A stretch of 48,829 nt of DNA, counting the filler, from Sphacelaria rigidula (lineage: Eukaryota): assembly GCA_964200075.2 (NCBI GenBank). It is 3 parts of 3 records of this genome, joined end to end, with 100 filler letters (N's around TTAATTAATTAA, not from the genome) between each part and the next. Parts side by side here need not be neighbours in the genome. Positions count along the whole stretch, not along the records: positions 32,623 to 48,829 come from CAXNAA020001443.1; 2 more parts are not named here. One strand, written 5' to 3'. Shown here piece after piece: positions 32,623 through 45,277 of this stretch. The notes under the pieces were generated by a model. The model was not told where the DNA came from, ran no database searches, and saw nothing but the letters and a program-made list of their open reading frames with translations. Numbering within the stretch: position 1 is the first letter of the stretch; each line of letters starts with the position of its first letter. The translations under genes were made by a program, and so were the position numbers.

Positions 32623-35217
32623 CTGCCGTTGCAAAAATATCAAACGCCTCGTACTCTGGGAGTGTACGTCAATACACGTACATCACCTCAGAAAAATCGG
32701 GGGAGTCACGATCTCGGAACGGTTTTCCCCTGATTTTAATCGGGGAAAGCCGTTCCGAGATCGTGACCCCCCGATTTTTTCGGCCCCGACTTGGTCCAAA
32801 TCCGTGTCCATGAAATGCGTTCCCCGAATTTTTGTCCCCCCGATTTTGAAGAAATCAAGATTCGTGCTTGCCATAAAAGTGGGTCTAACTCCCCAATCAG
32901 ATCGCTCCATTTTGATTGGGAATCGCCAGGAGAGTATTCTAAAACCTAGTGTTCGTGCGATCGAATGTCACCGCCAATGACACCCGCACTCACATGGTAT
33001 TCATAGTACATATTGCAGTACAGAACGCTAAACACACAGAGTAGTACAATACAGTACACGGCCCCACCGCACAGCGCTAACAGGAGTGTCGCAGCAGCGG
33101 ACATCGCCTTGTTCGTTTCACAAAAAACGAAACGGCCAATACACCATGAAGTTTTCAACAGTGTGCAGCCAGCACTGCGTGCCGACTAAAATTGATTTCT
33201 GGGGAGAAAAACACAACGACAATATCGCAGCTCATGCAATCTAAACCGCCTTCGCAATGCGTCGACACCCTAGAGTACAGACAGTGAAAGCTCCAACACA
33301 ACATGAGAAAGGGCGCGAGGGTGTTATTTTGCTGCGGTACAGTGAAACAGGACGTGTCCCATGTTACAGTCCTCCGCCTGATTGTGGATAGGTCCTATAA
33401 TTTGGGGCTAGTGCCGAGTTTGAGCGTTTCGCCGTAGTCGCGCTTTTTTACAGTTCACCTTGGGTCTCCTTATTATTTGTGTGTGGGAGATCTGACTTGT
33501 GATACGGGCTTCGCCCGCTAATTTAATTAAGCAGATTCTCTCCCGGTACACCTTCAGTTTGCCGAAACTTGGAAGGTGGTTGATCCTTTTGGGACTAAGG
33601 CACACAAACAAGAGGTTCACTATTCGTGAGTAGAATAATAATAAACAAGTCTGTGAGCGACCGGTCCAATCAGGGCGAGGCGAAATTTATCGACCACATC
33701 AGAACGACCAGTGGGTGTACTCATGATCATGCATGCCATAGTCATCAGACCATTGACCTCGCATCCCTACAAAGCCGGGACGGAGCACGCCGGACAAGGC
33801 TCGCACTCAAACCACCAAGCGCGAAGCGCCGTGGTGTGCTCGGCGAGTCGCATGAAGGGTGAACTGCATCCTGCTAAGATTGTTCGGCCCGTAGCCTACT
33901 GATTATCTTGCATTTAGATGACAGCCTCGAATGAGTTGCTATGACATCTGGTATCGCCACTTCCAGAGACAGCCACGGCTTATACACGGCCTCATGGATG
34001 CGTCACCAGTGGGGGGGGCCGTCGCCGGGAGTGATGTCACTGCAAACTTGGTGTACCCTGACCCTCTCCCACAAAGAAGCCTTCGAAGCAAAAGAAACCT
34101 CAAGTTGTCGGGGCTCGGATTCTCGATTTTTTCATCATTTGCATTTTATATAGGCCCGACTTTCCATCCCCCGATTTGTTTTTAGGTACCATCCTGTAGT
34201 AACCCCTAGTTGATGACACTATCATGTAGTGCTCGGGGTTAATATGTGGTCATGTTCACAAGGCAACTGAAGCTGGCAACGTTGTAGGACGAGAGGCGGA
34301 GCTAGAGGCATGAGTTCTGCGTATCCCTCTGTTGAAGCGGTACAAGCGGCGGTGCGGTCGTATGTAATCGATGGTAACGAACTTGCTGTGTATGGGCAGC
34401 TGATCTCCGTCGCGGAGAACTGCCCAGAATATGCCGGGGGATATGCAGCGGCAGGTGGTGCTGCTGCTGCATTCGGAAATGCGTGTTGCACTGTTGTGCT
34501 GTATCTGCGGCGCAACACCCATGCCGTTCGAAGAGAATTTGCCGCTTGCAACAAAGAGGGGAACCGCGGCCCACCACGACCACAAAGGGCTGTGTGGCAA
34601 GGTGATGAGGAAAATATCCAAGGCCACCAGTGGCGGGCGGCGGTTGCTACATCCTGTTGAAAGCTCTCCACCGCGACTCATACTGCTCGATACATCTGTA
34701 CATTACCTGATGCGCCCAACACCCGAATTTTAGTACAGACAGTTGGCACCTGCACCTGAAAATAGATTAAGTGAAACTTTCCGTCTTCATCTAACCCTGC
34801 CGTTACATACATTCGTTGGTTTTTAGTAACATGAAACCACTGTTTCATGCATATGCAGGACACGTCATTCCTTATCAGCCTCATTGGTCGTTCTGAAGGC
34901 CCAGTCCCTCAAGGGTTAATCCTGTGACCCCGAGGTTGGGTCACCTACTGAGTTGGCATCAATTTGAGACCAACGTTTATGGCAGTCACCAATCCCGATT
35001 TTTTCGAGCATCGGGGGAAAAGTTTGGGAATGCAATTCATGAACATCGATTTGGACCAAATCGGGCGCGAAAAAATCGGGGAGTCACGATCTTGATTTTC
35101 CCTGATTTTTCGAAACAAATCGGGAGATGTTGTTCCGACATTGTGACTCCTCCCGATTTTTTTGAGGTGACGTACGGTGGTGAGGTACGAAGCGTTTGAT
35201 ATTTTGCAAGGTAGCAG
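32623..35217. mobile_element. ~2.6-kb segment bounded by ~260-bp diverged inverted repeats (putative non-autonomous DNA transposon)
   Basis: 32623-32890 is the reverse complement of ~34960-35217 (TTGCAAAAATATCAAACG / CGTTTGATATTTTGCAA). The arms contain repeated AAATCGGG/CCCGATTT motifs. Confidence 0.6.
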
Positions 35218-35343
35218 GAGACAGTCTCGTGACAGCGCAGGGCGTGCCTACTGCCCGCACCAGCTGCTGAAGCAGCTTCGCACGGGGTTTGACAAGCGGA
35301 TAATACGAGCTGGGCCAGCCGAGAAGCGAATTCGTAGTTTGCA

Positions 35344-35611
35344 GGCCCATTGCACGGCCAGTATTCAGAGTTGGACCCTGAAATTCGGTATGGACAAAGA
35401 AAATGGCACAATGAAAACAATCACCAGTGCACACAAGTTTTTTTTGTTTGTCCATGAGTTGAGGGCAATTTACTGATGCCTGAAAACTGATTATCGCCCT
35501 TGACTCATGAAAAAAAACCTTTTGTGCACTGGTGATTATTTTTGTTATGCCCTATTCATTCTCATACCAAATTTCAGGTTCCAACTCTAAATATTGGCCG
35601 TACAACGGGCC
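35344..35611. mobile_element. Foldback MITE (268 bp), GGCCC...GGGCC termini
   Basis: Near end-to-end palindrome: GGCCCATTGCACGGCCAGTATTCAGAGTTGGACCCTGAAATT / AATTTCAGGTTCCAACTCTAAATATTGGCCGTACAACGGGCC, plus ATCACCAGTGCACA / TGTGCACTGGTGAT. Confidence 0.75.
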
Positions 35612-35936
35612 GTTTCGTGACGGGATCAGAATAAATTCGGAACAGTTTTGTGCAGGCCACTTAACCCTTAGACAGCGCCCCCTCCGCTGGTAGACTAAGG
35701 TAGACACCACACTTTTCGGGTCCATTCCTTTGTCACAACTTAAAATGCCTACTTCACGGCGGAAGGGACCGGAAGTGCATAGGAGGCACATAGTTGCGTC
35801 ATAACACAGACGGTGGTGGGGTTGTCGACCACCTGATTATTACGCCTCATATTATTGCTGTGCAGTCTGTAGTGGATCGTGCCGCGGCTGCACGTGCGGT
35901 CTGCAGCGCACTGGATCTTAGAGCGTTGAACGTGCC

Positions 35937-35945
35937 NNNNNNNNN
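35937..35945. other. Short N gap
   Basis: 9 undetermined bases. Confidence 0.95.
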
Positions 35946-37928
35946 GATATCGCACCATGACTACTGCCGCGAACGTCCCTGACTACCGTAGAGCAATTGC
36001 TCGGCGATGGCTGTCGCCTCACCGTCGAAGTACTTGTCTACATCTACGTGCGTCGGGGTACTCGTGGCCGCCGCTCGCGTGTTGCGCCATGACGTTTGGT
36101 ACCAGATGGAGGTGTGGAGCTAGTACGACGCTCAGGCAGTACTGAACAGACAGACTCAATGTACCGAAGATGCTCTAACACCTACTTTTTGGTGATATAA
36201 TCTATGGTTGATTTGGCAGGCTCAAAATGAGTTATGAGAGTAGACAGCAAATATGTATACCAGGTGTCTACTTCTACCGTAACAAGAGTGCTCATTTTGA
36301 CGACCGTGATTGGTCAGAATGGTCACTCCGCGTCTCTCGGGCCTCGTGCACGGCTCACAATTTTCCGCGGGAAACTTCCAGACACACATTGTTGACTCCA
36401 TGAGCTTCTCCGATGCTCCGCGGAGAGACCTCCCCCCCCCCCGAGCTCTGGAAACCCCCGGATGTCTCGGAACTATCAGCCTGTTCAACTGTTCCGAGGC
36501 GATGCTCGTCGTCGAAGGACTAACGTCCCACGTTTGGTTTTTGTGTATCGAAACTTTGTGTGGGCCGTGGCTAGGACATAATTGACGAAATGTAGTGGGT
36601 CAGGTTGATTTGTTTCATTTTTTTCACAGATTTTGGGCGTTTAAGTACGGAAACCGCCATTTTTTCACGAGAACGCTCGAACCTCTCCCTCCCCCCCCAA
36701 AAAAAAACTGAGGGCCCATTTTTATTTTTATTTCAGCATACCTCTGTGGCTCTTTATCCTGAGTTTCGAATGAAAATTCTCAAAGTTGAGGAGAAAAATT
36801 GAGATGAGGCCCAAAAGCAGTGTTCATTTCTCCTCAAAACTGCCCCAAAAACCCGAGAAAAAGGAAACAGCTGTGTTGTTGAGCTCTATTATGCACTAGT
36901 GGTTCTCCATACGAAATTTGACAGCATAACTCTCAAAAACTGAGACGCGATATCCAGATTTATTTCATCTAGTGCATCTACTCGCAATATACTGATTTTA
37001 GTGTTGAACCTTTTGTGTATCATATCTCGAGATAGATGACGAATTAGGTGAAGGTGAGGGTATCTATCGTCTCCCCGTGCTCCAGGGAATGTACACACCA
37101 AAATTCGTCATCCGCTGAATGCATCGATCGGGGGTTTCATAGAGATTTTAGTATGGACGCTATCTTCCTTCTGTACAGGAATTACTAGACATGGGACTTA
37201 ATCAACGAGAAAATATGGGCCCAAACTTTTGAGCAAATGGGCACCTTCCTCTTGTTTAGACGATTCATACAAAATGCGGATGACGGCCCAACTCATCTGT
37301 GGCGACGGGATATTGCGTTGAGAGCTTGAATCCGTGTCTAGGCTGGCCCAGCTCGTAACTGCGCTGCGCTGCCATTAGTGTACTGTACTAGGGCACTGTA
37401 CACTCTGTACTGCGGTGTAGGGCCCTGCACAGCTTCGTCTTTTGTTGAGAGTTCAGAGTGCAGTTCCTTCCCAAGACTAGACCGCAATGCGGGATTTTGA
37501 ACAGAGGGTACGATGACGTATCTTATCTGTGATCCAATATATATATTTGCGTCGCCAGGAAACAGGTAGGAGCCTTCACCATGCACTTCGTTACTGTTAG
37601 TTTCGTGCAGCGCACTCGAGTGTGCCCCACCTCGCCGCCACTTCGAACTCAGCTGTAAGGCTGAGTAGTCATGGAGGTGGTCCGGTGTATGAGTGGGCAC
37701 CCAGGTGGGCTTCCCCCCCCCACCCAGGTAGCCTCGGACTTAAAAGTATCTCTCGTCCTCAACTAGGTAGTCTTCCTCACCGAGTGAACCTCCTTTCAAC
37801 CTACTCCAGCTCGACCCTGTGCGTGAGCCACCCTACTCATCCGGGCGTTGGTCTCCAGTTTGTGATGGCTTATAAAGCACAAGGATTACTCCGGACGTCA
37901 GCTCACCCTCGATGTGTAAAACATCCAA

Positions 37929-38338
37929 CAGTGGATTCTCAAAAATGGGGCTGAAAAAAAAAACGAGGTTCAACTTGAAAGCCGTGCTTTCCCTGACCTA
38001 AATTCATGACTAACTACCTTCATACGGGCGACCTCATCCCTCCCGACCTCCCTAAAACTATTTCGGGAGATTTTTAGCCTTCCGTTCCCGCGAAGGGTCG
38101 CACACTTTTGCCTCCATTTCGGGGTGGAAATAGGACGTTTTTTGGTCTCAAAATCGTGCTTTCGCATATACCCTTTGGGGTAACGGAAGGCTAAAAATCC
38201 CCCGAAATAGTTTCAGGCAGGTCGGGAGGGATGGTGTCGTCCATATGACAGTCACTTGTCATGAACTTGGGTCAGGGAAAGCACGGCTTTTGAGGTGAAC
38301 CTCGTTTTTTTTAAACCCTATTTTCGAGAAACCCACTA
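37929..38338. mobile_element. Foldback MITE (~410 bp) with ~170-bp TIRs
   Basis: AAAAAACGAGGTTCA...AAAGCCGTGCTTTCCCTGACC...ATTTTTAGCCTTCCGTT is mirrored by AACGGAAGGCTAAAAAT...GGTCAGGGAAAGCACGGCTTT...TGAACCTCGTTTTTT. Confidence 0.85.
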
Positions 38339-39628
38339 TCATCTTGTGTACGGCTACTCTCCAGTGCCTGGGTTCTGCCCACTGTTTCGGTGTAGTTACG
38401 TTATGCTCGGTATTGTGGTGAGTAGATACTAGTGATGGGTATCAATAAGCACAGGACGGAGTCGACAGCAAGTACTCACTTGCTGTTGAAAAATTGTGAC
38501 ATCAAAACGATATAATACGGCACATCATATCGTCTGAAATTGCGCAATATCAGACACGATTTGGGATATCCGTCTCCAAACTTCCCCAAAACTAAAGAAC
38601 CTACGAACTGGGCCGGCCTTCAAGCGGATCCGTACGTTACAGGGTCATCTCACCTCAAATTCGAGAGATGAACTTTTAAATTTGGTCTAGTACCGAGCCC
38701 TACAAAAAATTGAGTTTTTTCGGCAGTCGAGTCCAGGTATTTCAGCCTTTTTAGGATCGACAGGGTTTTCGCCAGATCGAGAGTCTAGCGTGTGGTTGTG
38801 AGTAAGAGCCCGAAGTCGGTACTCTAGACCCAGTACTGAGACTGATTGATCGATTGACACACATCAACGGATCCCCTGAGAATCCAGCCGTGGCCACAAA
38901 TGTCAAGTACCCGAGGTAAAAAAGATCGAAAGTGGAGGAGACAAAGTCGGATATGTCGTGATTTTTTGTTGACAAAAATAGATGGCGGACTCTTCGGTTC
39001 TGGGCACAACGCTAATTTTTTCAGCTGATTTGTTGTCAAAATATGATGCTCTAAAAAGCTCACCTTTTTCACGCCCTAGTTCAGACTGTTACCATGTGCC
39101 GAAACAGAAAGTTGGGTATGCTGCCCGAGCACGCTGGGCGCGGGGTTGAGGCGCTGGAACGTATTATGGAGGTGCCCAGCACGTGCAGCGTTGCGGCCAG
39201 AACCGGAAGTGCGCTACCCTTATTGTTCCCAAAACCACAGAGTACACCTGACTTTGCCTATCCCCCAAAACAGTCAACACTCGCTGAAGGAAGTCCGAGA
39301 AAAAGGAAAAGGAAGTAACTAACATAGTAATGTAAGAAAACTACGGAAATACAGAAATCCCTCAGTTTCGTAGGTCATCCTCGGCACGTTTGCCCCAGAA
39401 GAGTGTTGGGGATCGAATTGAGTCTGAGCAGGTACTTGTAGCTATCGATATTTTCGCTTTGTAATACTCGGTAATGGCAGGACGCGATACTTCGGGTACT
39501 CTGAAATACTCAGGATCTTCCACGGGCGACAGTTCAGTACCCCGCAACGCTCCTTATTTTGCCCAGTCGGTACTGTACGTACCCTGATACGTTCGATACG
39601 TTCGGGTGTTCCGTACTGATGATGGAGT

Positions 39629-40090
39629 GTGTGTGTTGTGCGCTGTCCCAACTATTCTGGACTCTGGTCTACGCCTTTCGGTATATGTGCGCGCACCAGC
39701 CGGGGTCAGTATTTGCGGTAGGAACCCTGGCGTGTATTTTAGTGTGTTCTGTGTTGTCCCATCTATTCTGGAAGCCGGTCTGCACCTTTCGGTATATGTG
39801 GGCGCACCAGCCAGGACCGCACAGTAGGGAGGCCAACACAGGAGGTTTTCCTTTCTGTTTGTTTTGGCTCTCCACCTTCCTTCTGCGGTGCTCGCCTTTC
39901 TTTTTCATCGCGAGAGGGGTTCAGCTTTCCCCGTCGACTTTTGAGTCGAATTTTGTGTACTCACGACATGGTCGCTCTCCACTGTTGGACACTGTGTGGG
40001 GAAATTTCCCAGATCGCTCCGAGATTCGAACCGACGACCCAACCTCCAGAAGGATTTGAGGTTATCAACTGAGCCACGGGGGCGACCGGC
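39629..40090 (-). mobile_element. tRNA-derived SINE, family B, with a duplicated ~75-bp tail segment
   Basis: Minus-strand A box GTGGCTCAGTTG and B box GGTTCGAATC. Body matches 16312-16590. Direct repeat 39629-39704 / 39742-39815 at the distal end. Confidence 0.75.
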
Positions 40091-40496
40091 GTGTGTACTG
40101 GACTTTATCGGGTAGTAGGCACATGTGATATCTGTTTCATTGTTCATAGCAAGTAACTTCGAAGTCCACGCGGACTGTGTCACGGAAGAACATGAACCAC
40201 CACCCAGCACTTGATCACCAAAGTGCCGCAAGGCGACGTCAGATGGATGCACTGTAGTGAATGTGATGGATGTACCGCAGAAGTCCTGACCCATAGTATG
40301 CGCACATGGTGTAGTTCTTCTGCGAGGTGACGACACATAATCCTCGGGAGACTTGACGGCCATGAGGTGACTACTTCTGTTGTTGCAGCTTCCCGATTGT
40401 GACAACGCCTGAGCTCCATCCCCCTCTCGATGTCTCTTGCCCGCGTCCGCCCGCCCAAATGTGTTTCGTGTATGTCTGTGCGTTACTTCCCAGCAG

Positions 40497-41143
40497 ATGT
40501 TTGAATCGTCCGTCCGGCGATTCTGTCCTCCAGAAGTGACCCTCCTTCTCGCCGCCACAACCGGCGACTTTGCTCAAGCAAAAAACGCCATGACCCAAAT
40601 TCAAACCAATACCACCCGTTACAAACACAGCAGCAGCCACCACAAATTGGATCATGACATGAACAAAAACACCAACACCAACAACGACACCGGCAGTAAG
40701 ATCAACATGTCGAACGAATACGATACCATCGCCACGATCGCGAACACCACCGATGCGCGGGGACAAACAGCGCTCCACCTCGCCGCCGTGCACGGCCACG
40801 CGCACATCACATCCCTATTGTTGCAAGCATCACTCTCCACCACGACCACCGCGGACCCCGGAAGCCCGGGAACACGAGCATCACGCTCCACCTCTTCCCT
40901 CGTTGAGTGTGTCACCCCGGGTGATCGTCTCACCCCTTTGCGGCTCGCGGCCGAGCGTGGACACCTCGAAACCGTCAGGGTGCTACTGGACTACGGTGCC
41001 AGCGTCTCGGCCCGAGATAGGATTGATCAGGCCACGCCCCTGCACGCGGCGGCTGAGGCCGGACACGCGGAGGTCGTCGTCGAGTTGATTCGTCACGGCG
41101 CTGATGTGGAGGCCCGGGCCGTATCTGGACAGACACCACTGAG
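40497..41143 (+). CDS. Ankyrin gene exon 1 (start uncertain)
   Basis: The ATG at 40497 directly follows TTACTTCCCAGCAG, which looks like an acceptor, so an upstream exon is possible. Donor CTGAG|GTGGGT in phase 2. Confidence 0.8.
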
Positions 41144-44100
41144 GTGGGTGTGGTATCTGCTCTGTAGCGGTGCCTTGGTGATTGTTTTGGTGCACGTCCA
41201 GCTTTATTTTCTCGTTTTTTTTTGCATACGATCACTGAAGGTCGTCCGATGTGCATGCTATGTTGGGTTCCTACGTTGGCTACTTTGGTGGTTGTATTTG
41301 TACTGAGATCGGCAGCCTTGCCCACTCGGATTTTTTTTCACGAAACAGGTGCGCCCTCGTGTCAACCATGAGAGCAAACGGCAGTATCAAGCTTCTCTGT
41401 ATGTGTGTCCAGTCAAGTATGGAAAATGACAAATGTTGTAGGTGACAATCGTGAGAACCGGCGAATACCTCGCTCGCGTAGTCACATGAAGATCACTAGA
41501 CAGGAAGAGGAACTTGTTCATAATGATCGCATATGTGTGCACGTGTTTCCGGACATGGTACACACATGAACCATGGAGGAGCCGAAACGTTCAGATCGTC
41601 ACTGCGTATGTCGCGTTTGCTCATTTTTATTTTATTTTTGGCATGACCTTAACCTGGGTTACCTGGGCCGTTGAGGACACGTCGTAAACATGATTTTGAT
41701 CGTCGTGAATCAAAACCAACCGCTTTGCTCATTAGTGAGCCGGCGTTCTGACCCCGAGCATTGTGCACCTACTCCCGCGATGTTGCTGGAAGTTTTTGAG
41801 GGTTCAAATAAGCTCGTGTTTCCTCCATGATGTGATACGTGTGAAAGAACCTCTACGCTGAGCATAGTTATATCACCCCGCTGAGTACCTGCTGAAGACC
41901 CTGTCGTTACTCTGTCCGTACCGTAACCGTAACCACATCTAGGTGGGCGTTGAGCCTGGGCCAAGTCGAGACCACCGCGGTTCTTTTGCAGCTGGGGGCC
42001 GACCCGGACGCCCCGGACCGGTTAGGAGCGTCGTGCCTTCACGGCGTCGCTGCCCTGCAAGATCACCACAGCCAGCAGCAACAGGCAGAACAGCTGCTCG
42101 ATGACGACTTCTTTCAGCCGCCCGTCGTTTGCAGCGCCTACTGCAGCTCTGGGGTTGCGGTTACCGCTGCTGTTGCTCATGATGAACTTCACGTCGATCA
42201 TTTGGGTGAAGTCCAAAGCTTCTGCTCATCTTGTGGTGGTGACGATGGATCCATGTCTCCACATGATTCAGTTTCGAGCTTCTGCTCGGCATCAAGCTCA
42301 GAGATGTTCTCCGATGAATCTGAACCAGAGGCGATTTCCATGGCAGCATCGGAATACACGGGATTAGGTTGCGATAATGCACGTTCCTCTCTTTGCCCGA
42401 CGGTGGTGGTCACGGCTGCTGTGTCACCGAGTCCGTGCTCTTGCCCTTCCTCGCCTTCCGGCAGAGCAAAACCCGCGACGTTCTGCCTCCGCGGCGATGG
42501 CGGCGCGCTTCGACGACGGAGCACTCCCCGAGACTTGGCCGAACTCCTCCTATCGTACGGCGCGCGTGCAGACTTTGTCAAACGCTCGCCTCGCGCCACT
42601 GCTCCCGGCAGCAGCAGCAGCAGCGACCATTACAGTAATAACAGCGTCCCTAACATGAACGGCAACATGCCCCCCGGCATCAACGCAGCACACTCCAGCA
42701 TTCACGTCAGCCCCGGGCAGCAGCACCCTAGCGCTGTCTGCACCATCCGCTGCAGGACAGGCGGATGTAGTGAGGACAGTATACACATCAAAAACAGGGT
42801 TGTGGGAGAAACACCGCTGCACGTGGCAGCGCGCGAATCCTCGGTGAGGGTGGTCGAAACCCTACTGCGGGCCGGCTCTGATCCAAACGCAAAGACAACT
42901 GCCGAGGAGGGCGGGCTGTCCCCGCTACATTGCGCCGCCGCACCCGGCGGGGGGGAGGAGCACCGGAGCACCGTCGTACGACTGCTGTTATCGGCGGGCG
43001 CCGATGCGGACGCCGTCGCGGCAGACGGGGTGACCACCCCCTTGCGACGCGCCTGCGAGAACGGCGCGGTCGGGTGCGTGGAGGAGCTGTTGCGCTGGAA
43101 CAGTGCTAATAGTACTAGTCAGTTTCTTGTAAGCCCGCCCTCGGTGCTACCGCCAGCATGTTCCACCGCCTCGCGTGTTGTTGGGAGTGACGTTTCCGCC
43201 GCGGGTTTAGCCGCTGAGGCCGCTGCTGTTGCCGCTGGATACGGAGGAGCAGGTGGTTTTTCTCGTTGTGGAAGCACCGATGCTGTCCACCCGATGCTGC
43301 GGGCCTGTGGTCGTGGCAGTGCTCCGGGTGGTCGCCGGCGGTTTTGTGTTCCTGCCGCCTCTCCGGCGTCTTCGTTGATCGGCGATGCCCGCGCTGGAGC
43401 CACTGCCGCTGCCGCCTCGTCGAGCGGCGTTGTTTTGGCGTCGAGTACTGCGGCTCAAACACATTCTTGCTACGAAAGCGTGTCATTCTTGGCTGACAGC
43501 TCTTGCGCCGGTGCTGTCCCCTCCGCTGTTGGCTGGGGCCGCACTACCTCTGACAGCAGCAGCGGTAGTAGCGGGTGCAGCAGTAGTAGAGCCACGAACC
43601 ACTCACCGTTGACGGATCAGCCATTACTGTCGGCACCAACATCAGCCATTGCAGCCGCTACATTCAGCACTGCTAGCCGTACCACGACCTCTGTTCTTAG
43701 CAATCATGCATTCCGGCGTCTAGTGAGCAATCTCGAGCAATTCGTGGGTGTACGAGTTCCCGCCGCGGCGAGGGACCCGGCAGACCTCGAAAAGATCCGG
43801 ATCTTGCTGAGGAATGCCCCGGCGGAACGCGCGTGGCAGCGCCGAGGTTGGCTCGTGATGCTGTATAGATGGTACGTATCCCGCACAAGCACCAGCTGCT
43901 GCTTCCGAAGCAGCGCTGGTGGCGTCGACATCAACCGTACAAGGAGATTCCTACTGCCGACGGCCCCCGCCAGTGATTCCCGCACAAAGGTTCAGGTTGA
44001 ACGCATGTGCAAGGTGAGCGGTGCAGATTGATTTCAATATTTTCATTCGGTTTTGTGAACGGTAGCGACGCGAGCGAGCAAGCGAGCGCGTGGGTGGGTG

Positions 44101-45277
44101 CCTTCGTGCGATTTTTGGGGCAGGCGTCCTGGTCCGAGGTTGTGTTGCACCGGCCATGCATACATTTTGAGTGCGCTCCATTTGCCCTATGATGCCGTTA
44201 CGCCGCCTGTTGTGTACAACCCCCGCGAACTTGCGCCGGCGACGTATGGACCATGGAAGAAATTGCAAGCAGGGTCACATCAAACCTACTTCTACCTGTG
44301 CCTTTGATTATTGTGGGCTACGCGCAGCAGTATGCCCCTTGATGAGTGTTCATATATATAATCATATGATGATCGCAGTTATGACGAGTTGATTCGCGGA
44401 TGACTTGTGTGCTACACCACCGAAACCGACGAGCATGGAATATTTCTGTATTTCCTCGCTGCGCATCTCGGGGGCATAATACGGACTAACGTCACAAAAA
44501 AGCTTCGAAGCACCTTGTACTTGAGTAGGGGCAGCAAGTGCCATGCAATGATTCTTATTCCATCCTACCTCTCTTGCCGAACTCATTCTGTGCCGATCTC
44601 ACTTTTGAAAACAAAAGCACCCACGCCAGGATGATGCCCAACAACAGTCACAGTTTCAGGCAAGTTCTTCTGCTGACGCACGAGCGTCATGGTTCAACGG
44701 CAACGGTTGTTGCTCGTCCGTTCCGCCCTGGTCGAGATGCGTCAGGGGTGCCTCGATCACCCCACCACAATTGATGCCCAGCACTGCTTCTACTACTAGG
44801 AGGAAATGGCTGATGCCGCAAGTGTTTTTACGTTCGCCACCAAAACATCAGTTATCGTCAGAAAATCCCGGGGAAATCCCATTAGTGCCTGCACTGCAGT
44901 CACAGTCAAGGACAAAACAACGCGAGCGAACATTACCGATCAATAGTGGTATCCTAAGGAACGGCAGCTCGAAACCTAGAGAGTGTCCAGCTCGCTGCCG
45001 CTGCTGCAGCACCAGCAGCACGACCGCCATGCCTAGCAAAAAGCAGAGAGGCACAGCAACACCACCAGCAACGCAGGGGCCGGCGACATCGAGTGCGTTC
45101 GGGGTAGGGAGCGGGGTGCTGACACAGACCAACAAAAATGTCGACAACCACAACAACCAAAAAGATGCAGTCGTTGGAGGCATCGTGCCGCTAGTTCACC
45201 TGGCTCCTCTCATTGGCTCTCTATTCGAAATTCAAGGCGACCAATCGATCTTGCGCCAGGTGGTCCAGTGGCTCTAA
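40497..45277 (+). CDS. Ankyrin-repeat protein (three-exon model, ~1047 aa)
   Basis: Exons 40497-41143, 41943-44013 and 44852-45277 total 3144 nt, in frame. ANK motifs GQTALHLAAVHGH, TPLRLAAERGHLETVRVLLDYGA, TPLHAAAEAGHAEVVVELIRHGA, QTPLR|WALSLGQ, GETPLHVAARESSVRVVETLLRAG, SPLHCAA, TPLRRACENG. C-terminal IRILLRNAPAERAWQRRGWLVML and ILRQVVQWL*. Confidence 0.85.
41943..44013 (+). CDS. Ankyrin gene exon 2
   Basis: Acceptor CATCTAG|G completes the Arg codon and continues the 693-aa ORF frame. Donor TGCAAG|GTGAGC. Confidence 0.85.
44852..45277 (+). CDS. Ankyrin gene probable terminal exon
   Basis: Phase-0 acceptor ACATCAG| in the frame of ORF 44771-45277, which ends LIGSLFEIQGDQSILRQVVQWL*. Confidence 0.6.
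   Translation, partial: LSSENPGEIPLVPALQSQSRTKQRERTLPINSGILRNGSSKPRECPARCRCCSTSSTTAMPSKKQRGTATPPATQGPATSSAFGVGSGVLTQTNKNVDNHNNQKDAVVGGIVPLVHLAPLIGSLFEIQGDQSILRQVVQWL

Noticed and set aside
34895-35690. piggyBac-like ends AGGG|TTAA (~34912-34919) and TTAA|CCCT (~35662-35669)
   Set aside because: They face outward rather than enclosing one element, and no partner ends or transposase were seen.
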